Positions 13,799 to 28,836 of a stretch of 64,000 nt of DNA are shown in pieces (the stretch's first letter is position 1; each line of letters opens with the position of its first letter). The translations under genes were made by a program, and so were the position numbers. The notes beneath the pieces were generated by a model, which saw only the letters and a list, made by a program, of their open reading frames with translations, did not search any database and was not told the origin of the DNA. This DNA is from Octopus vulgaris (Eukaryota), in the NCBI GenBank assembly GCA_951406725.2, contig OX597823.1, forward strand, positions 105,462,001 through 105,526,000. The letters are read 5' to 3'.

Positions 13799-15111
13799 TT
13801 TAAAGTCTTAAATCATTCGTCTTAAGTATTTGTTGTTGCAACTTACATTTGGAAGGAATAACTGCCTTATTTATTTATTTAATTCTATTTTGGAGTTTAT
13901 TTTAATTAACGTTTCTTCTTAGAATAGAGACGAATAATGAAATAAAAACGCCGGTTCCCTGTTTGATTTTGTATAGGAAAATCACCTGAAGACGACGAGA
14001 AAGAATACCAATTCAAACATTATATTGACAACTTTTCTGAGATGCTAAAATACCAGACATCGCTGTAAAAGCATTTTAAAATGAAACACAGTATTATCAC
14101 TATGGAACTGATATACTAACAGCAAACATTAAATGTACCGATGAAGACAAATGCTTAAGTACTTCAACATGACAACACTGCTCAAGAAAGAAAGAAGATA
14201 AATAAATGAAAAGGCTGTAGATGTTTCCAAATTCTAGAATGTAAAAATGTATTTGATAATATATAGTAATAGTTTAAAATAGTACAATTGAGCTTATGTA
14301 ACGTCTCTCGCGTTTGTAGAATCTTAAACTGAATTTCAAAGATTTATTATAAAGGAAAATTGCATGGGGAAAAAAGCGATGATTTAAGAGCTGAAAGCTG
14401 AAGATGTCTATATGAATATGTTATTATTGAAATTAATAGAATCAAGCAGAAATTTTTTGATGAATAAAATATAATAAGAATAATAGTAATAATGATAATA
14501 AAATGAAATGGAGGGTCTCGATAGAATTGTTTATGGAATCAAAACACAATTCAAAGAGAAAAACCATGAAGTTCAATAACGAAAACTGAAACATTAAAGA
14601 ACATACTTAAACTGCGAAATAAATAAATAAATGAATGAATAAAATAAAATGGAAATAAAAAATGAAAATAATAATAAATATAAATGAAAATAACGAAAAT
14701 AATATGAAAGTCAAATAGACTCCCTGTACAATATTGAGGAAAGATCTATGAAAGCTAGCGTTACAAAAGAAAAGAATACATTTGACAAAACTATACATTA
14801 TGTATACATTATATACTACATATAATGTATATATATATATACGAGCAAAACAAAATAAATTTAAGCTGCTTCACCAACAATATGATTATCATTGAAAAAC
14901 TTTCTAAATTCATATGCTAACATGACAGCTACCAATATTTATGTGTGGTTGGTGAAAAACTTACTACCAGCCTCCGTACATGTATTCTGACAGAACATCT
15001 TAAACACGCGCGCGCATATAAACACACATACACACAGACAGACACAGACAGAAACAAACATAAACCCTGACTGTCTAAACATATAAAGTATTACACCAGA
15101 CAGGTCCATAA

Positions 15112-15241
<130 letters not shown>

Positions 15242-15329
15242 TCTATCTGCACACACATATATGTACACAAACACAGACACAAACATGTATATGTATATAT
15301 ATATATATATACAATACAATAAAAATATG

Positions 15330-15363
<34 letters not shown>

Positions 15364-15480
15364 TTTTGCATATATTTATATGTATATATATACAAACACA
15401 TATACATACATATACATACATACATGCATACATAAATACATACATACATTCATGCATACATACATACATACATACATACA

Positions 15481-15511
<31 letters not shown>

Positions 15512-16117
15512 GCATATATATACATACATATACATACATGTATACATACAGATAAAAGCTTTTCTCTATTTATTTTTCTATTACAGGTTTCAGTTATTGG
15601 ACGGCACCCATGCTATGACAATGTGTTTTAAAATCCATTATATTAATCCTCCAGTGATTATTCTATCGACTGATATCAATTTAATCGAACTTGGAAAGAT
15701 GAAAGTCGATGTGGATCTGAATTGAAGAACGTCAAGGGACGTAATCAAATACCGCACTTTAAATTTGTCTGGCGCTCCACCGATTCTGTCATCTGCCCAA
15801 ACATGGTAAATGGCAATACAAAGTATATTGGGCAAAAAAAAATATTAAAGTTCAATGGCAAAGAGGTTTTGTAAAAGTTCGGTTTTCTCTCAGGAGAAAT
15901 TCTTTGGGTTCTACGTCGGTTTCGATGGTGACTGTTTTCCAGTGGTCCGATCAACTGAATTTCTATTTCTGAAAATAACGTACAATACTGAAACGGCTGA
16001 GTATTCCGTCGACACGTATACTTTTAAAGTAATCCTCAGGATGAATCAGCGAGACATGTGATAAGGTTGGATTGGTGAATCACAGGTGGTGCAATTCAAG
16101 GGGTAAGTGAGTGAGTA

Positions 16118-16163
<46 letters not shown>

Positions 16164-16598
16164 GAGGAGCAACCAGTCTCACAATGACCTCGGTGCCTTA
16201 TATTTCAAAGAGCCGGGATGAATTTCGCAAAACATTCTATGCCACGCTGTAAGGTTCTACAATTCATTGCCTTTGAGAAAACATTGTATCAATCCCGAAG
16301 ATTGCACACATGGAAGTAGCATACATTGATGCCCCCGTCATATGCATACTCAGGACTGTCATGAGATGCGGAAAGTTGTTAACTTCTCTCAGCAGGTTGA
16401 ATATCAAGGATTTCCATTCGGATCTCTTCCCTGCCATTCTTACACGTACACCATATGAGAGCTTGGTCTAGTCTTCGATGTTATCAGCCAGTGATGGCCT
16501 CTGCGTACCTTATGCTCTTACTGTGTGAGCAAAATACTTCAGCTTTGTAACCTTTATAATTTAAGGTAACGACGTTTTGTATTTACACACTAGCATCT

Positions 16599-16880
<282 letters not shown>

Positions 16881-16885
16881 ATTAA

Positions 16886-17256
16886 GGCGCAGGAGTGGCT
16901 GTGTTGTAAGTAGCTTGCTAACCAACCACATGGTTCCGGGTTCAGTCCCACTGCGTAGCATCTTGGGCAAGTGTCTTCTGCTATAGCCCGGGCCTTGTGA
17001 GTGGATTTGGTAGACGGAAACTGAAAGAAGCCTGTCGTATATATATATATATGTGTGTGTGTTCGTCCCCTAGCATTGCTTGACAACCGATGCTGTTGTG
17101 TTTACGTCCCCGTCACTTAGCGGTTCAGCAAAAGAGACCGATAGAATAAGTACTGGGCTTACAAAGAATAAGTCCCGGGGTCGATTTGCTCGACTAAAGG
17201 CGGTGCTCCAGCATGGCCGCAGTCAAATGACTGAAACAAGTAAAAGAGTAAAGAGT
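16886..17256 (+). mobile_element. SINE family B, near full length
   Basis: GGCGCAGGAGTGGCTGTG head, B-box-like GGGTTCAGTCCC, tail GCATGGCCGCAGTCAAATGACTGAAACAAGTAAAAGAG. Confidence 0.92.
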
Positions 17257-17270
17257 ATCATCATCATCAG

Positions 17271-17830
17271 TCAATGTACGCCACTAGCCCAGAAGTAATA
17301 TAAGAGACGCCACGACAATATAGCAACGCTTGTCCATTGGGCGCTTTGCAACAAGTATGGACTTGACACAGCAAAATATTGGTATGACCATAAACCCGAA
17401 GGCATTATCGAAAATGATAATGAAAAGATCCTGTTAGATTTCATGATTCAGTGAGACCATGAGATAGAGAATAGGAAGCCAGACATCGTTTTAATTGAGA
17501 AAGAGAGCAAACTATGCTGGATCATAGATATAGCATGCCCAGCTGACAACAAGGTATGCGATAAGGAAGAAAGAAAAGTCGATAGATATGACAGGTTAGC
17601 TTGGGAAGTTAAGCGGTTGAGCCCTAGGAATAGTGAGTAAAAATCTTGAGAAATACAAGGAACAAATAGAGGCTGCAATAAGGGTGGAGCACTTGCAGAA
17701 AGCAGCACTGCTTGGAACCGCTCGAATACTACGGAAGGTGCTCGAAAAATAAGAGGTGTTACCTTAGTTCACTGGCAGTGTACAGCTGACACCATAGTAC
17801 ATCTCCAGCGTTAGAAGCTGTGAAAAAGCA
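17271..17830 (+). mobile_element. R4/Dong-like non-LTR 3' fragment (RLE endonuclease pseudogene)
   Basis: Translates to YKRRHDNIA...HW.LC.KYG...WY.HKPE...RKPDIVLI...IIDIACPAD...K.DRY...LQKAALLGTARILRKVL with stops; ends in AAT repeats. Confidence 0.88.
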
Positions 17831-18010
17831 ATAACAATAATAATAATGCTGCAAATCTTGGCACAGGGCCACCAATCCACTCACAAGGCCCGGGCTATAG
17901 CAGAAGACACTTGCCCAAGATGCTACGCAGTGGGACTGAACCCGGAACCATGTGGTTGGTTAGCAAGCTACTTACAACACAGCCACTCCTGCGCCTTAAT
18001 TATGATGATG

Positions 18011-18116
<106 letters not shown>

Positions 18117-18186
18117 GGAGGTAAGTCGATTACATCGACCCCAGTGCTCGACTAGTACTTATGTTTTCGACCCTGAAAGAAGAAAG

Positions 18187-18513
18187 CTGAGCATGTCCCT
18201 TAATGGTTGACGATATGTGCATCTCTGATCCCGAGCTGAAGTAGTGGGGGAGCATCATAGCCATGTGTTGAGAGGAATTCTTTTGGAGCTCGGGTAATTC
18301 ACTTTTGGATACATGGGTGTTTCGTTCAACATTCTTAAACAACCCGAGGAAAATTCTAACTGAGCCCCACTTGCAAGATCATGCGTTGCTTATTTTGAGA
18401 TGAAATCATCATGTCACACATATACGATTGTAAATATTAGACGAGTAGTCATGATGGGTATATTGGGCTTCGCACATTGTCACTTTGATGGCCTGCATTG
18501 CTCTCTCACTCAA
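18187..18513 (+). mobile_element. Partial copy of the ~560-bp (AAT)n-associated non-coding element
   Basis: Aligns with internal deletions to 24736-25130. Confidence 0.8.
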
Positions 18514-18597
<84 letters not shown>

Positions 18598-18599
<2 letters not shown>

Positions 18600-18925
18600 G
18601 CCCTAATGCTGTACCAGACAGTGGTTGTTGAACGAAACACCCAGGTTTCCAGAGGTGAATTATTCAAACGCTAAAGAATCCCTCTCGACACATGGTTATG
18701 ATGCTCCCCCACTACTTCTGCTCGTGATCAGAGATGCACATATCGTCAGCCACTAAGAGACATGCTCAACTGGTTAAGGTTAAACAATTGACAAGCAAAT
18801 CTGTGATATTGAGCAGAATATTTGCTGTAGCCCATCTTTTATATCAAGACAAAACAATGTACATGATAACACTTCCAATCAGTTAAGATCAGAAGCCATG
18901 AGAACCACTGCCTGGTACTAGGCAT
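18598..18925 (-). mobile_element. Rearranged copy of the (AAT)n-associated element (first half on minus strand plus inverted 28-bp stub)
   Basis: 18624-18925 is the reverse complement of 24573-24877; 18598-18626 repeats the element start on the plus strand. Confidence 0.75.
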
Positions 18926-18931
18926 TTATTA

Positions 18932-18961
<30 letters not shown>

Positions 18962-18963
<2 letters not shown>

Positions 18964-19516
18964 GAGTGAGAGAGTAGTTCATGCCATCAAAATGACACTG
19001 GGGTAAAATATACGAAGCCCAATATACCCATCATGACTACCCGCCTGATAAGGGTACACCAGGCACATGCATCACAACCATATGTGCGCGACATGGTGAT
19101 CTCATATCAAGATAAACAGCACATGACCTTGCAGGTGGGGCCCAGTTAGAATTTTCTTCAGGTTTAGTAGCCCATCCCGCTCAAAAGGTCCCTCAAAAAG
19201 GGTTGTTTAAGGATGTTGAAAGAACCACCCATGTTTCCAGAGGTGAATTATTCAAACCCCAAACAATCCCTCTCAACACATGGCTATGATGCTCCCCCAC
19301 TACTTCTGCTCGTGATCAGAGATGCACATATCGTCAGCCACTAAGGGACATGCTCAACTGGTTAAGGTCAAACAACTGATAAGCAAATCTGTTGTATTGA
19401 GCAGAATATTTGCTGTAGCCCATCTTTTATACCAAGACAAAACAATATACATGATAACACTTCCAATCAATTAAGATCAGAAGCCATGAGAGCCACTGTC
19501 TGGCACTGCATCAGGG

Positions 19517-19519
<3 letters not shown>
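18962..19519 (-). mobile_element. Full copy of the ~560-bp (AAT)n-associated element
   Basis: Reverse complement of 24573-25130; flanked by (ATT)n on both sides. Confidence 0.88.
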
Positions 19520-19591
<72 letters not shown>

Positions 19592-19689
19592 TTTTTGTCT
19601 CAGTCAAATAAATTGGCTTGCATGACGGTATCTTTATATACCGATAAGACGGGGAAAGAATTTTGTAATCATAATAATGATAACAGTCC

Positions 19690-20160
19690 TTGGTACTTTA
19701 ATTTATCAACCACGATTTAGATTTAGACATACGACCTGCAATTTTCAAGTAAGACGTGTAATCAATTACATCAATCACATACTTATTTATCACCATAGAG
19801 GAATGAAAAGCCAAGTTGACTTCGGTGGGAATTGAACACAAAACTTAAGGATCCATCACTAAATACCGCTAAGCATTTTCTGATGTTTTAACGAATCTGC
19901 TAGTCTACCACCCAAATGATAACCAAAACAGCAACAGCAACAGCAGTAATAATGCTTTCTTCTATAGGCACCAGGCTAGAGATTTTGGGAGATGGGACTT
20001 GTCGATTTCAGCGACCGTAGTGTCCAACTGGTACTTATTTTAATGACCACCAATGATGAAAGGCAAAGTCGACATCGCTAGAATTTGAACTCAGAACACA
20101 AAGACAGGCAAAATGCCGCTAAGCATTTTGTCGGGCGTGTTGTCGATTCTGCTAGCTTAT
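19690..20160 (-). mobile_element. Two degenerate SINE family A copies
   Basis: GAAAGGCAAAGTCGAC...GAATTTGAACTCAGAAC...GCTAAGCATTT motifs at about 19800-19910 and 19955-20160. Confidence 0.7.
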
Positions 20161-20389
20161 TGAGTTAATAACGATGATAATGATGATGATGATGATGATA
20201 CATTCTAGAGAAAAATAAAACAAGAAAAATAAAAGAAAAAATAATAGCTTTTATATATATATATGTGTGTGTGTGCGTACATATATACATACATATATAT
20301 ATATATGTATGTGTGTGTGTGTGTGTATACATACATACATGCATAAATTCACACAAATATATATGTATATATATATATATGTCTGTATG

Positions 20390-20445
<56 letters not shown>

Positions 20446-21389
20446 CATATGTATATATATACACATATATATAGATATATATATATATATGTATATGTAT
20501 ATATATACTTATGTATGTATAAAATGACCAATACATTGTAACTGCTTTATATTCCACACACGATTTCTGATTAAATCACTTGCCTTAACAAGTACAACAA
20601 AGGAATTGGCAAATATATTCTTGTTGAATTTATTGATCATAAAATATAAAGTATATTATTTTGTTCTAAGTATCTCAGTGATTCGGTACGTCTCCACTCA
20701 GAGCTTACATAATATAAAAGGAGTAAGCTATGAAATACTTCACTTACTGTTTTCCAGACAGACCAAATCAATTAAACAACTAGGATAGCGCTTCGAAAAA
20801 CCATCACTAAACCACTGGCGTAGAATCATAATCGCACTTTTATGATCATGCGATCTGAAGAGTATATAGTGATATAATGGCTAAATGCAGACAGACGATA
20901 TGCGTTCGTATCGCCTGTGGTATTCGGTTTATGGAATGGATGGGATGTCGAGGAAGGGTATCATCTCTGATTGAGGAACATGTCGCACTCTTAGGGGTGG
21001 ATCGTACGCTCTGATCTCTACCAGGAAGCCAACTCTCATTTGTGGATTCATGTACGTGCTTGCATGTAATGGCGAACAAAGCCCAGCAAACTGCTTCGAC
21101 TGGTGGGAAGTAGCTAACGGGTAAGTGACTCTTAGTAAGTTAGGGCTTTCCTACTTATGTTTATGAAGACTGAATCCGGTGAAGTCGGCAGAAGAAACCT
21201 TCATGATTCAACGAATAGGAAAGCTCTGAAACAACGCTTTGTGGAGTGCTGAAAGCAAGGTGAGGCAAGCAAGATGACTTGGTCATCCATCGCATCGGCC
21301 TCGCCCCTCGGTCGTTTTTGGCCGGGATTGACGATGGTCACGGAAGAGAGAATACGGCTGACGATGAGCAATTCATTCTTACTTTAAAC

Positions 21390-21669
21390 CTGTGGTTTCC
21401 AACAATTTTTTAAACTATGGAACCCGTTGATTTCTATTTATTCTTTACTGGACCTCCATAGCCATTCAATGTACGCAAAAAAAAAAAACGAAAACAAAAA
21501 ACAGAAAAGAAATCCAAATGTATTTTTATAATTAAATATTATTAATATAAACAAAATTAAAATGTTCTGTGTATTATAGAACTATAATCAATTTATTTCA
21601 CATAAATTGTAACAATAAAATCTTATATGGACCCTTAAGGGCCATAAGGATCCCGGCTGAGAATTATTG
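21390..21669. mobile_element. hAT-type MITE with 8-bp TSD
   Basis: Degenerate TIRs CTGTGGTTTCCAAC / GCTGAGAATTATTG; perfect TSD CTTTAAAC at 21382-21389 and 21670-21677. Confidence 0.75.
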
Positions 21670-22531
21670 CTTTAAACAAAGTCAAGGCGCAAGTCATCAG
21701 TCATCCTTCACCCACGGAAATTTGACGGTCCTCGTCGTTCGGACGGACGATCATGCAATATGCGCTTTTCCCTTTCTGTTAATTAGTATAACTCTGATGT
21801 GACACACCGAGAAACATGTATATCAATGCCGAGAGAACAGATATTCTTTCTTCCAGCTAATTTTATGATATTTAGCTGCTAACAGCGACTCATTAATTTT
21901 GACAATAATTTAAATTTTACTGGACTTTCTTAAGAAAGTAAATCAGGCTGTAGCAATCCATTAGTGGTGATAAGTCATCGATTCCACCATGTGACTGGAA
22001 ACAGTAATGAGAATGAGTCTTATTTAACAATTAATGGCAACCAGCATTCTTCATAACCTGTGGGTGACCTGTGACTGGCTCATCACTCAGTATTGACACA
22101 TCCGACGATCAGACGTGATTTTTGCGTTTGTGAAAATTTTAGCCAAATCTGAATCAAACTCTTAATACAATTATATATATATATATATTTGCTATATATA
22201 TATATATATATAATTTATGAGTTCATTACAAAACCTCGCTAAGATAAGTATCTATTTATATTTAACATCTTTAAATTGTAAATTTTAATATTTATAAGTC
22301 TTTGGTGTAATAATATTTTTCTTATGTAAATATTGTTGTTTATGTAATGATCTAATTATCGTAATTTTCTATATAATTATTAGATATTAAATTTAAGTTT
22401 ATTCGTAAGATATTACTTAGCAATAGATATGTTGTTTGATAGCAAGATTACAAGTTGTCTAAAGTTAGATTTATGTATATACATGTATTAATAGTATTAA
22501 TTGTAGTTTTAAATTTCTTATAATTAAAATC

Positions 22532-22601
22532 AGATAAACTTAGATAAACTTAGATATGTTTCGACCAAATATTGGTCCAGGCCATGTCTAACTTAATAGC
22601 A
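22532..22601 (-). mobile_element. Isolated CR1-type LINE 3' tail
   Basis: Near-identical to 757-817 (ACTTAGATATGTTTCGACCAAA.ATTGGTCC.GGCCATGTCTAACTTAATAGCA). Confidence 0.8.
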
Positions 22602-23367
22602 TAACTTAGTTATTGTTTTTTTTAAATTGATATTTGCCATTGATAAATATATTTATAGTATTTATAGTATTTATTCGATACTACATAACTACGAATTGAT
22701 TATTTCTATAAGTATTTTAAATAAGATTTCCGAAAGTTCGTTTAAGTTTGTTTGTTTGTATTTTTGAATTTAGATATTTCATCTTTAAATATGAAATATT
22801 AATTTATTAGGTCTTTATTATATGTGCATATATATTTATTTATAGAGATTATTGTAGATCTTAATTATAATATTCATATACATTTATATATATCCATTGA
22901 TTTTTTTTATATATAATAGTCATTTTTAAAGAAATATTTATGTAATTAGATATAAACTATTACTGACATTAGATTATCGGTGGGTTTTTTACCCTAAAAA
23001 TTAAAATCAATATTTAACATTATAATCGATTTTGATATAATCATAATTATTAAGTTTTAAGTTTCTAGTTTGATAATAGAGTTTATTATAAGTAAAATTA
23101 TTATATTATTTATATCTTAAAAATATTGTTTAAATATTTCTGATTATTTTTAAAATATTTCAATTAACCATAACTCGAATTATTAACTGAATTTAAATTA
23201 TTGTTATTCGAATTGGTACAGCTATGAAACGATCGTAGTGTTTAACTCTTTATCTTTTATTAAACTTTTAATACTTTTGATATTTATATAAAATAAATAA
23301 ATAAATAAATAAAAAATAAATAAATAAATAAATCAATTAATTAATAAACAAAATAATATATAAATAT

Positions 23368-23398
<31 letters not shown>

Positions 23399-23616
23399 TT
23401 TGTATATATATATTTAAAATTTATAAGTTTAAATTATTTTAATAATTTTTTAATTTTTAACTTTTATATTTTTAAATTAATTTTATGTATTGGCTTATGT
23501 TTTTCACTGTTTGATTTGCCTAATAGTGGTTTTATCTCTAATTTAATATAATATAATATATATATAAAACAGTACTGGGAGAATAAGAAACGGAACGAAG
23601 CGAACGAATCGAATCG

Positions 23617-23762
<146 letters not shown>

Positions 23763-23860
23763 CATTTAGATTCAGATTAATATGGTACTTAAGTTAAAGG
23801 CACCAGAATTTGGTATGGTATTATCCAACATTGTCAATTTAATCAATAAAAAATTCCATA

Positions 23861-23948
23861 TGTGGCTGAAGAGTGCTTTACATTTTAAAACTGATGTAAT
23901 ACTTACATTGTTTAATTAAATGAAGTGGCATTAAACGATTGTACTACA
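23861..23948 (+). ncRNA. Type I hammerhead motif, probably inactive (G12>U)
   Basis: UGUGG-CUGAAGA-GUGC...GCAU-UAAA-CGAUUG-UA-CUACA; 3' flank homologous to the 27851-27969 element; within TA-flanked unit 23761-23981. Confidence 0.6.
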
Positions 23949-24418
23949 CTACCTTTGGATATCCTTGTTGCTTATTTTGAATATATATATATGTGCAAAT
24001 TTATGTTTCTCTGCGTGTCTGTGTGTGTGTATATATATATACACATATTCGTATGTGTGTGTATGTGTGTGTGCTTGTTCGTCATAAAAAATAACCGCTG
24101 AATAAATAAAGAACTCAATACCTAGTTATAATATCGTAGATTACTATACATCTATCACAGGGAATCAGTTGATTCTTTAAAGAAGTTTCATTTTGCATGT
24201 CTTCAAAGTAATTCACGATCGACGAATGCTATGCTCGACATGTATGCATGCATGTTTGTAAAGCGATAAATCGTGTGAAGAAAACCCAAACAGAAGGAAG
24301 GCGGAGTTAATGTATGCTAATGATTTTTTGAAATAATTACTGTTATCACGATTTAGATTAAATTGAATGGTTAATATCAGACGTACAGATAATGATGATG
24401 ATGAGGATGATGATGATG

Positions 24419-24470
<52 letters not shown>

Positions 24471-24572
24471 TAATAATAATGATAATAATAATAATTATAA
24501 TAATAATAAATAATAATAATAATAATAATAATAGTAATAATATTAATAATAATAATAATAATAATAATAACA

Positions 24573-25130
24573 ATGCCCTGATGTAGTACTAGGCAGTGGC
24601 TCTCATGGCTTCTGATCTTAACTGATTGGAAGTGTTATCATGTATATTGTTTTGTCTTGGTATAAAAGATGGGCTACAGTAAATATTCTGCTCAATACCA
24701 CAGATTTTCTCGTCAGTTGTTTGACCTTAACCAGTTGAGCATGTCCCTTAGTGGCTGACGATATGTGCATCTCTGATCACGAGCAGAAGTAGTGGGGGAG
24801 CATCATAGCCATGTGTTGAGAAGGATTCTTTGGGGTTTGAATAATTCACCTCTGGAAACATGGGTGTTTCGTTCAACGTCCTTAAATAACCCTTATTCAG
24901 GGACCTTTTGAGCGGGATGGGTTACTCGATCTGAAGAAAATTCTAACTGGGCTTCACCTGCAAGGTCATGTGCTGTTTATCTTGATATGAGATCACCATG
25001 TCGCGCACATATGGTTGTGATGCATGTGCCTGGTGTACCCTTATCAGACGGGTAGTCATGATGGGTATACTGGGCTTCGTATATTTTACCCCAGTGTCAC
25101 TTTGATGGCATGCTCTGCTCGCTCACTCAA
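24573..25130 (+). mobile_element. Full copy of the ~560-bp (AAT)n-associated non-coding element
   Basis: Embedded in long (AAT)n on both sides; four related copies in window; no coding ORF. Confidence 0.88.
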
Positions 25131-25150
25131 TAATAATAATAATAATAATG

Positions 25151-25208
<58 letters not shown>

Positions 25209-25253
25209 ATAATAATAATAATAATAATATTAATAATAATAATGATAATAATG

Positions 25254-25293
<40 letters not shown>

Positions 25294-25350
25294 TAAATAA
25301 TAATATTAATAATAATAACAATAATAATAATAATAATAATAATAATGATA

Positions 25351-25428
<78 letters not shown>

Positions 25429-25459
25429 TAATAATAATGATAATAAAGCAATTGCAGTG

Positions 25460-26412
25460 TATATACTTAAATGCTGTCTTAAATTGAAAGTTGTGTAAGG
25501 GAGGTAATCGCCTCAGAGAAAGAAAGCAAATGGAAGTAAAATTGATGGGGCAGCTTTTAGAGTTGGCGCAAAATTGCTAGACTTTAGGGAAAGAAAATCC
25601 ATTAAAAAAATTAGTTGAAGATCTTTGGATAAAATCATATAATTTTAGTTACATATAAGTATGTATATAATTGGATTTTCATGTATTGAATTTATTTTTC
25701 GAGGATATATTATTTTGGTGATAAATAAGCGAAATACAGAAGTGAACCATTGTAATTAAAGTAAATTAAACGCGAAATGGAAGCAAAATCATTCGATATT
25801 GGGTGTAGGAAATTAATTGGCGAAGAGAAAGAAGGAAAGTGAGATTGAATTTATACACACAAACACAAATATGTATGTGTGTATACGTTTATATAGATGT
25901 ATATATGTAGTTCCTTTGTATGTATTCATATACATGCATACACACACACACAAATATATATATATATATGTATACGTATGCATGCATATATATATATATA
26001 TGTTCGTACATACATGCATTCATCTATATACATACACACAGACACATACACAAATGCACATTCACACACACACACACACACGCGAGCGTGTGTGTGTATG
26101 TGTGTTGTGATTAAAGTAATTGGTGGAAAATTTATTGATGGTATAAGTTAAGAACGTAACCTGATTTTTACTATCAATATATACATCATTAATTGCTTAT
26201 CTCCTAAATGATCATATCTACATACGTAGAACATACATACATACATATATACATGTACACTCCCCTCACACACGTATGTATGTATGTACATATACAGTTT
26301 GGTTCCGGGTTCAGTCCCACTACGTGGCACCTTGGGCAGTGTCTTGTACTATAGCCCCGGGCCGACCAAAGTCTTGTGAGTGGATTTGGTAGACGGAAAC
26401 TGAAAGAAGCCC

Positions 26413-26503
<91 letters not shown>

Positions 26504-26812
26504 GGTGTCTATGTTTCTCCCCTCAACATCGCTTAACAACCGATGCTGCTGTTTATGTGTAAGTAAGCTAGCGGTTCGGCAAAAGAAACCGATAGAATAA
26601 GTACTAGGCTTAAAAAAAAGTCCTGTGGTCATTTGCTCGACTAAAAGCGGTGCTCCAGCATGGCCGCAATCAAATGACTGAAACAAATAAAAGAATAAAA
26701 GAATATATATGTATAAATATATACATATATATTCACACATATGCACACATACATCTATATACACTTATACGTATACACACACACACATATATATATATAC
26801 ACAAACATATAT

Positions 26813-26891
<79 letters not shown>

Positions 26892-27275
26892 TACATTCTC
26901 CCTCTCCCAGTTAACGTTCTGCTTACAATATTCAAAGATCTTGCTCCGATTTTATTTATAATTTACTTTAATTACCATAGTTCGCTTGTATATTTCGCTT
27001 GTTTATCAACAAAATAATACATCCTCAGAAAAAATTAAATTCGTTGTAATCCAATTCATGCATATTTATAAGTTGCTCAATTTTCACGCTTTTATCCAAA
27101 CAATATCAATAGATTGCTTTTCACATTTTAAAAATTGGTTTTTATTTTTCCCAAAGTGAGGCTATAATATTTTATCCCTAATAGCTTCCGTATTAATTTT
27201 ACTTCCATTTGCGTTTCCCATGCCTAACAATTATCTCCCTTTATAACTTGCGTTTTAAGGAAACCGTTTAAGAAT
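25460..27275. repeat. Old inverted repeat, arms about 25460-25830 and 26897-27275
   Basis: GCAAATGGAAGTAAAATT vs AATTTTACTTCCATTTGC; GATAAATAAGCGAAATA vs TATTTCGCTTGTTTATC; GTAATTAAAGTAAATTA vs TAATTTACTTTAATTAC, all colinear. Confidence 0.8.
26299..26703 (+). mobile_element. SINE family B, 5'-truncated
   Basis: TGGTTCCGGGTTCAGTCCCAC...GCATGGCCGCAATCAAATGACTGAAAC. Confidence 0.88.
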
Positions 27276-27881
27276 AATCTCTTACCATTATTCTTTGCTT
27301 CAGTCAGCAAGCATTCTAATATCTCAAAGTTTTGATTGCAGAATATATTATCTCTGGTTGTTATCGTCTGAGTTTTTCTTCATACACTCTCTACAGTAAC
27401 CTAATACACACTTATTCACACACATGCACGCACGCACGCACGCACACCCAAGCTCACAATATAATGATCTGTTATGCGATTATATATTTCCTTCGTATTA
27501 CTTTGATGATGCGTGAGATGCTAACTTAATTAATTATTTGGTTCAGATCACGTTAAACACTATCCTATACGTATGCTTTTATTTTGTGTAACGTAGTCGG
27601 AGACAAACCACAAATAGAGGGTAAGTAAAAGTGTAAGTGGCAATAGGAGAATTGAAATGAAAGACAGGTACACCACACTCCCTATCGGTAGATAAGACAC
27701 AATTTCTGTCTTTCTGTTTCTCATTGTCTCTCAATTACTCATACATATGTAAATGCGTACAGACATACCTACGTACAAACATTCGTACATATGGTTGTCA
27801 GCAGTGACCTTGGTGTAGGCGGTGCAGATATATATATAAATATATATATATCAAAAGCAGCAACAGGGATATCCAGAGGTA

Positions 27882-27969
27882 ATGCAGTACGATCGTTTCA
27901 CGCAACTTTATTTCATTGAACAATGCAACCAATACATCGGTTTAAATGCAGAACAATCCTCAGCTGCAC
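27882..27969 (-). ncRNA. Type I hammerhead ribozyme motif
   Basis: Stem I GUGCAG/CUGCAU, core CUGAGGA, long stem II opening U-U, GAAA, palindromic stem III ACGAUCGU, cleavage triplet GUA. Confidence 0.75.
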
Positions 27970-28365
27970 AAAGACATAGAATTTAATTAATTTAAAACAG
28001 ATGGACACATTAATATAATTATACCTAAAATCTCTAAGAAGTTAAGGAGATAGACAAAGAATATGCTGCCTTTTCTTCCACTTGGAAGCTACTAAGTTAT
28101 CAGGAAGAAAGACTTGTTACAGATTTTGCTTGTCACTTCAATATGGGATCAGTTTTAATTTATAGACTAGTTTTATCAAACGAATTTTTACAGATTCTCT
28201 ACCTAGACTTTCTACACTTCAGCTGCACCTCTCCTGCACATGGATTACACTGGACTCCTCTGTTGATGAAAAATCGCTCCAATACACTACGACGTCTGAA
28301 GCTTTTGAACCTTTTGAACTTTTCGTAACTTTTTTTTTTCCTTATTAACTTTTTTGTCGTCATGA

Positions 28366-28545
28366 TAGATCGCTAGCTACTACATATTCTGTATTTTCTC
28401 TCCTTGTTTCTTTCTGTGTTCCTTTCTGTGGAGGAGCGTAGGCTCGAAAACTTTTCCACTTCCCGAGCGTTAACCTAATACATCTGTTTGTTGTCTACAC
28501 CACCCGTCTTCGTCTTTTGTTTTTTTTTTTGTGAATTCTCCTCCT
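28366..28545 (+). mobile_element. Short PLE/retrozyme-like element (CUGUNGAA family) with truncated hammerhead
   Basis: CCUUU-CUGUGGAG-GAGC-GUAG-GCUC-GAAA with stem III deleted; homologous to 35151-35364. Confidence 0.65.
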
Positions 28546-28583
28546 TTCAATTTAGCATTCTGCCTTATTATAATTTTCCCTCT

Positions 28584-28634
<51 letters not shown>

Positions 28635-28769
28635 GTACACACGCACAATTATTTGTATTTATCAATTTACCTGTCTGTCTGCCTATCTCTATCTATCTTT
28701 CTGTCTGTCCGTCTTTCTGTGTATCTGTGTGTCTATCTGTCTGTTCCTCTGTTTATAAACAGATAGATA

Positions 28770-28836
<67 letters not shown>

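Noticed and set aside
14220-14460. Possible decayed hAT transposase C-terminus
   Set aside because: Only a faint LSL...AFVE resemblance across frameshifts; cannot be supported without a search
21790-21826. Hammerhead-like CUGAUGU...GAAACAUGUA
   Set aside because: A9 missing, and neither stem I nor stem II pairs
24750-24875. CUGACGA...GAAACAUGGGUGUU in the AAT-associated element as a hammerhead
   Set aside because: Stem II does not form and stem I is almost all wobble pairs
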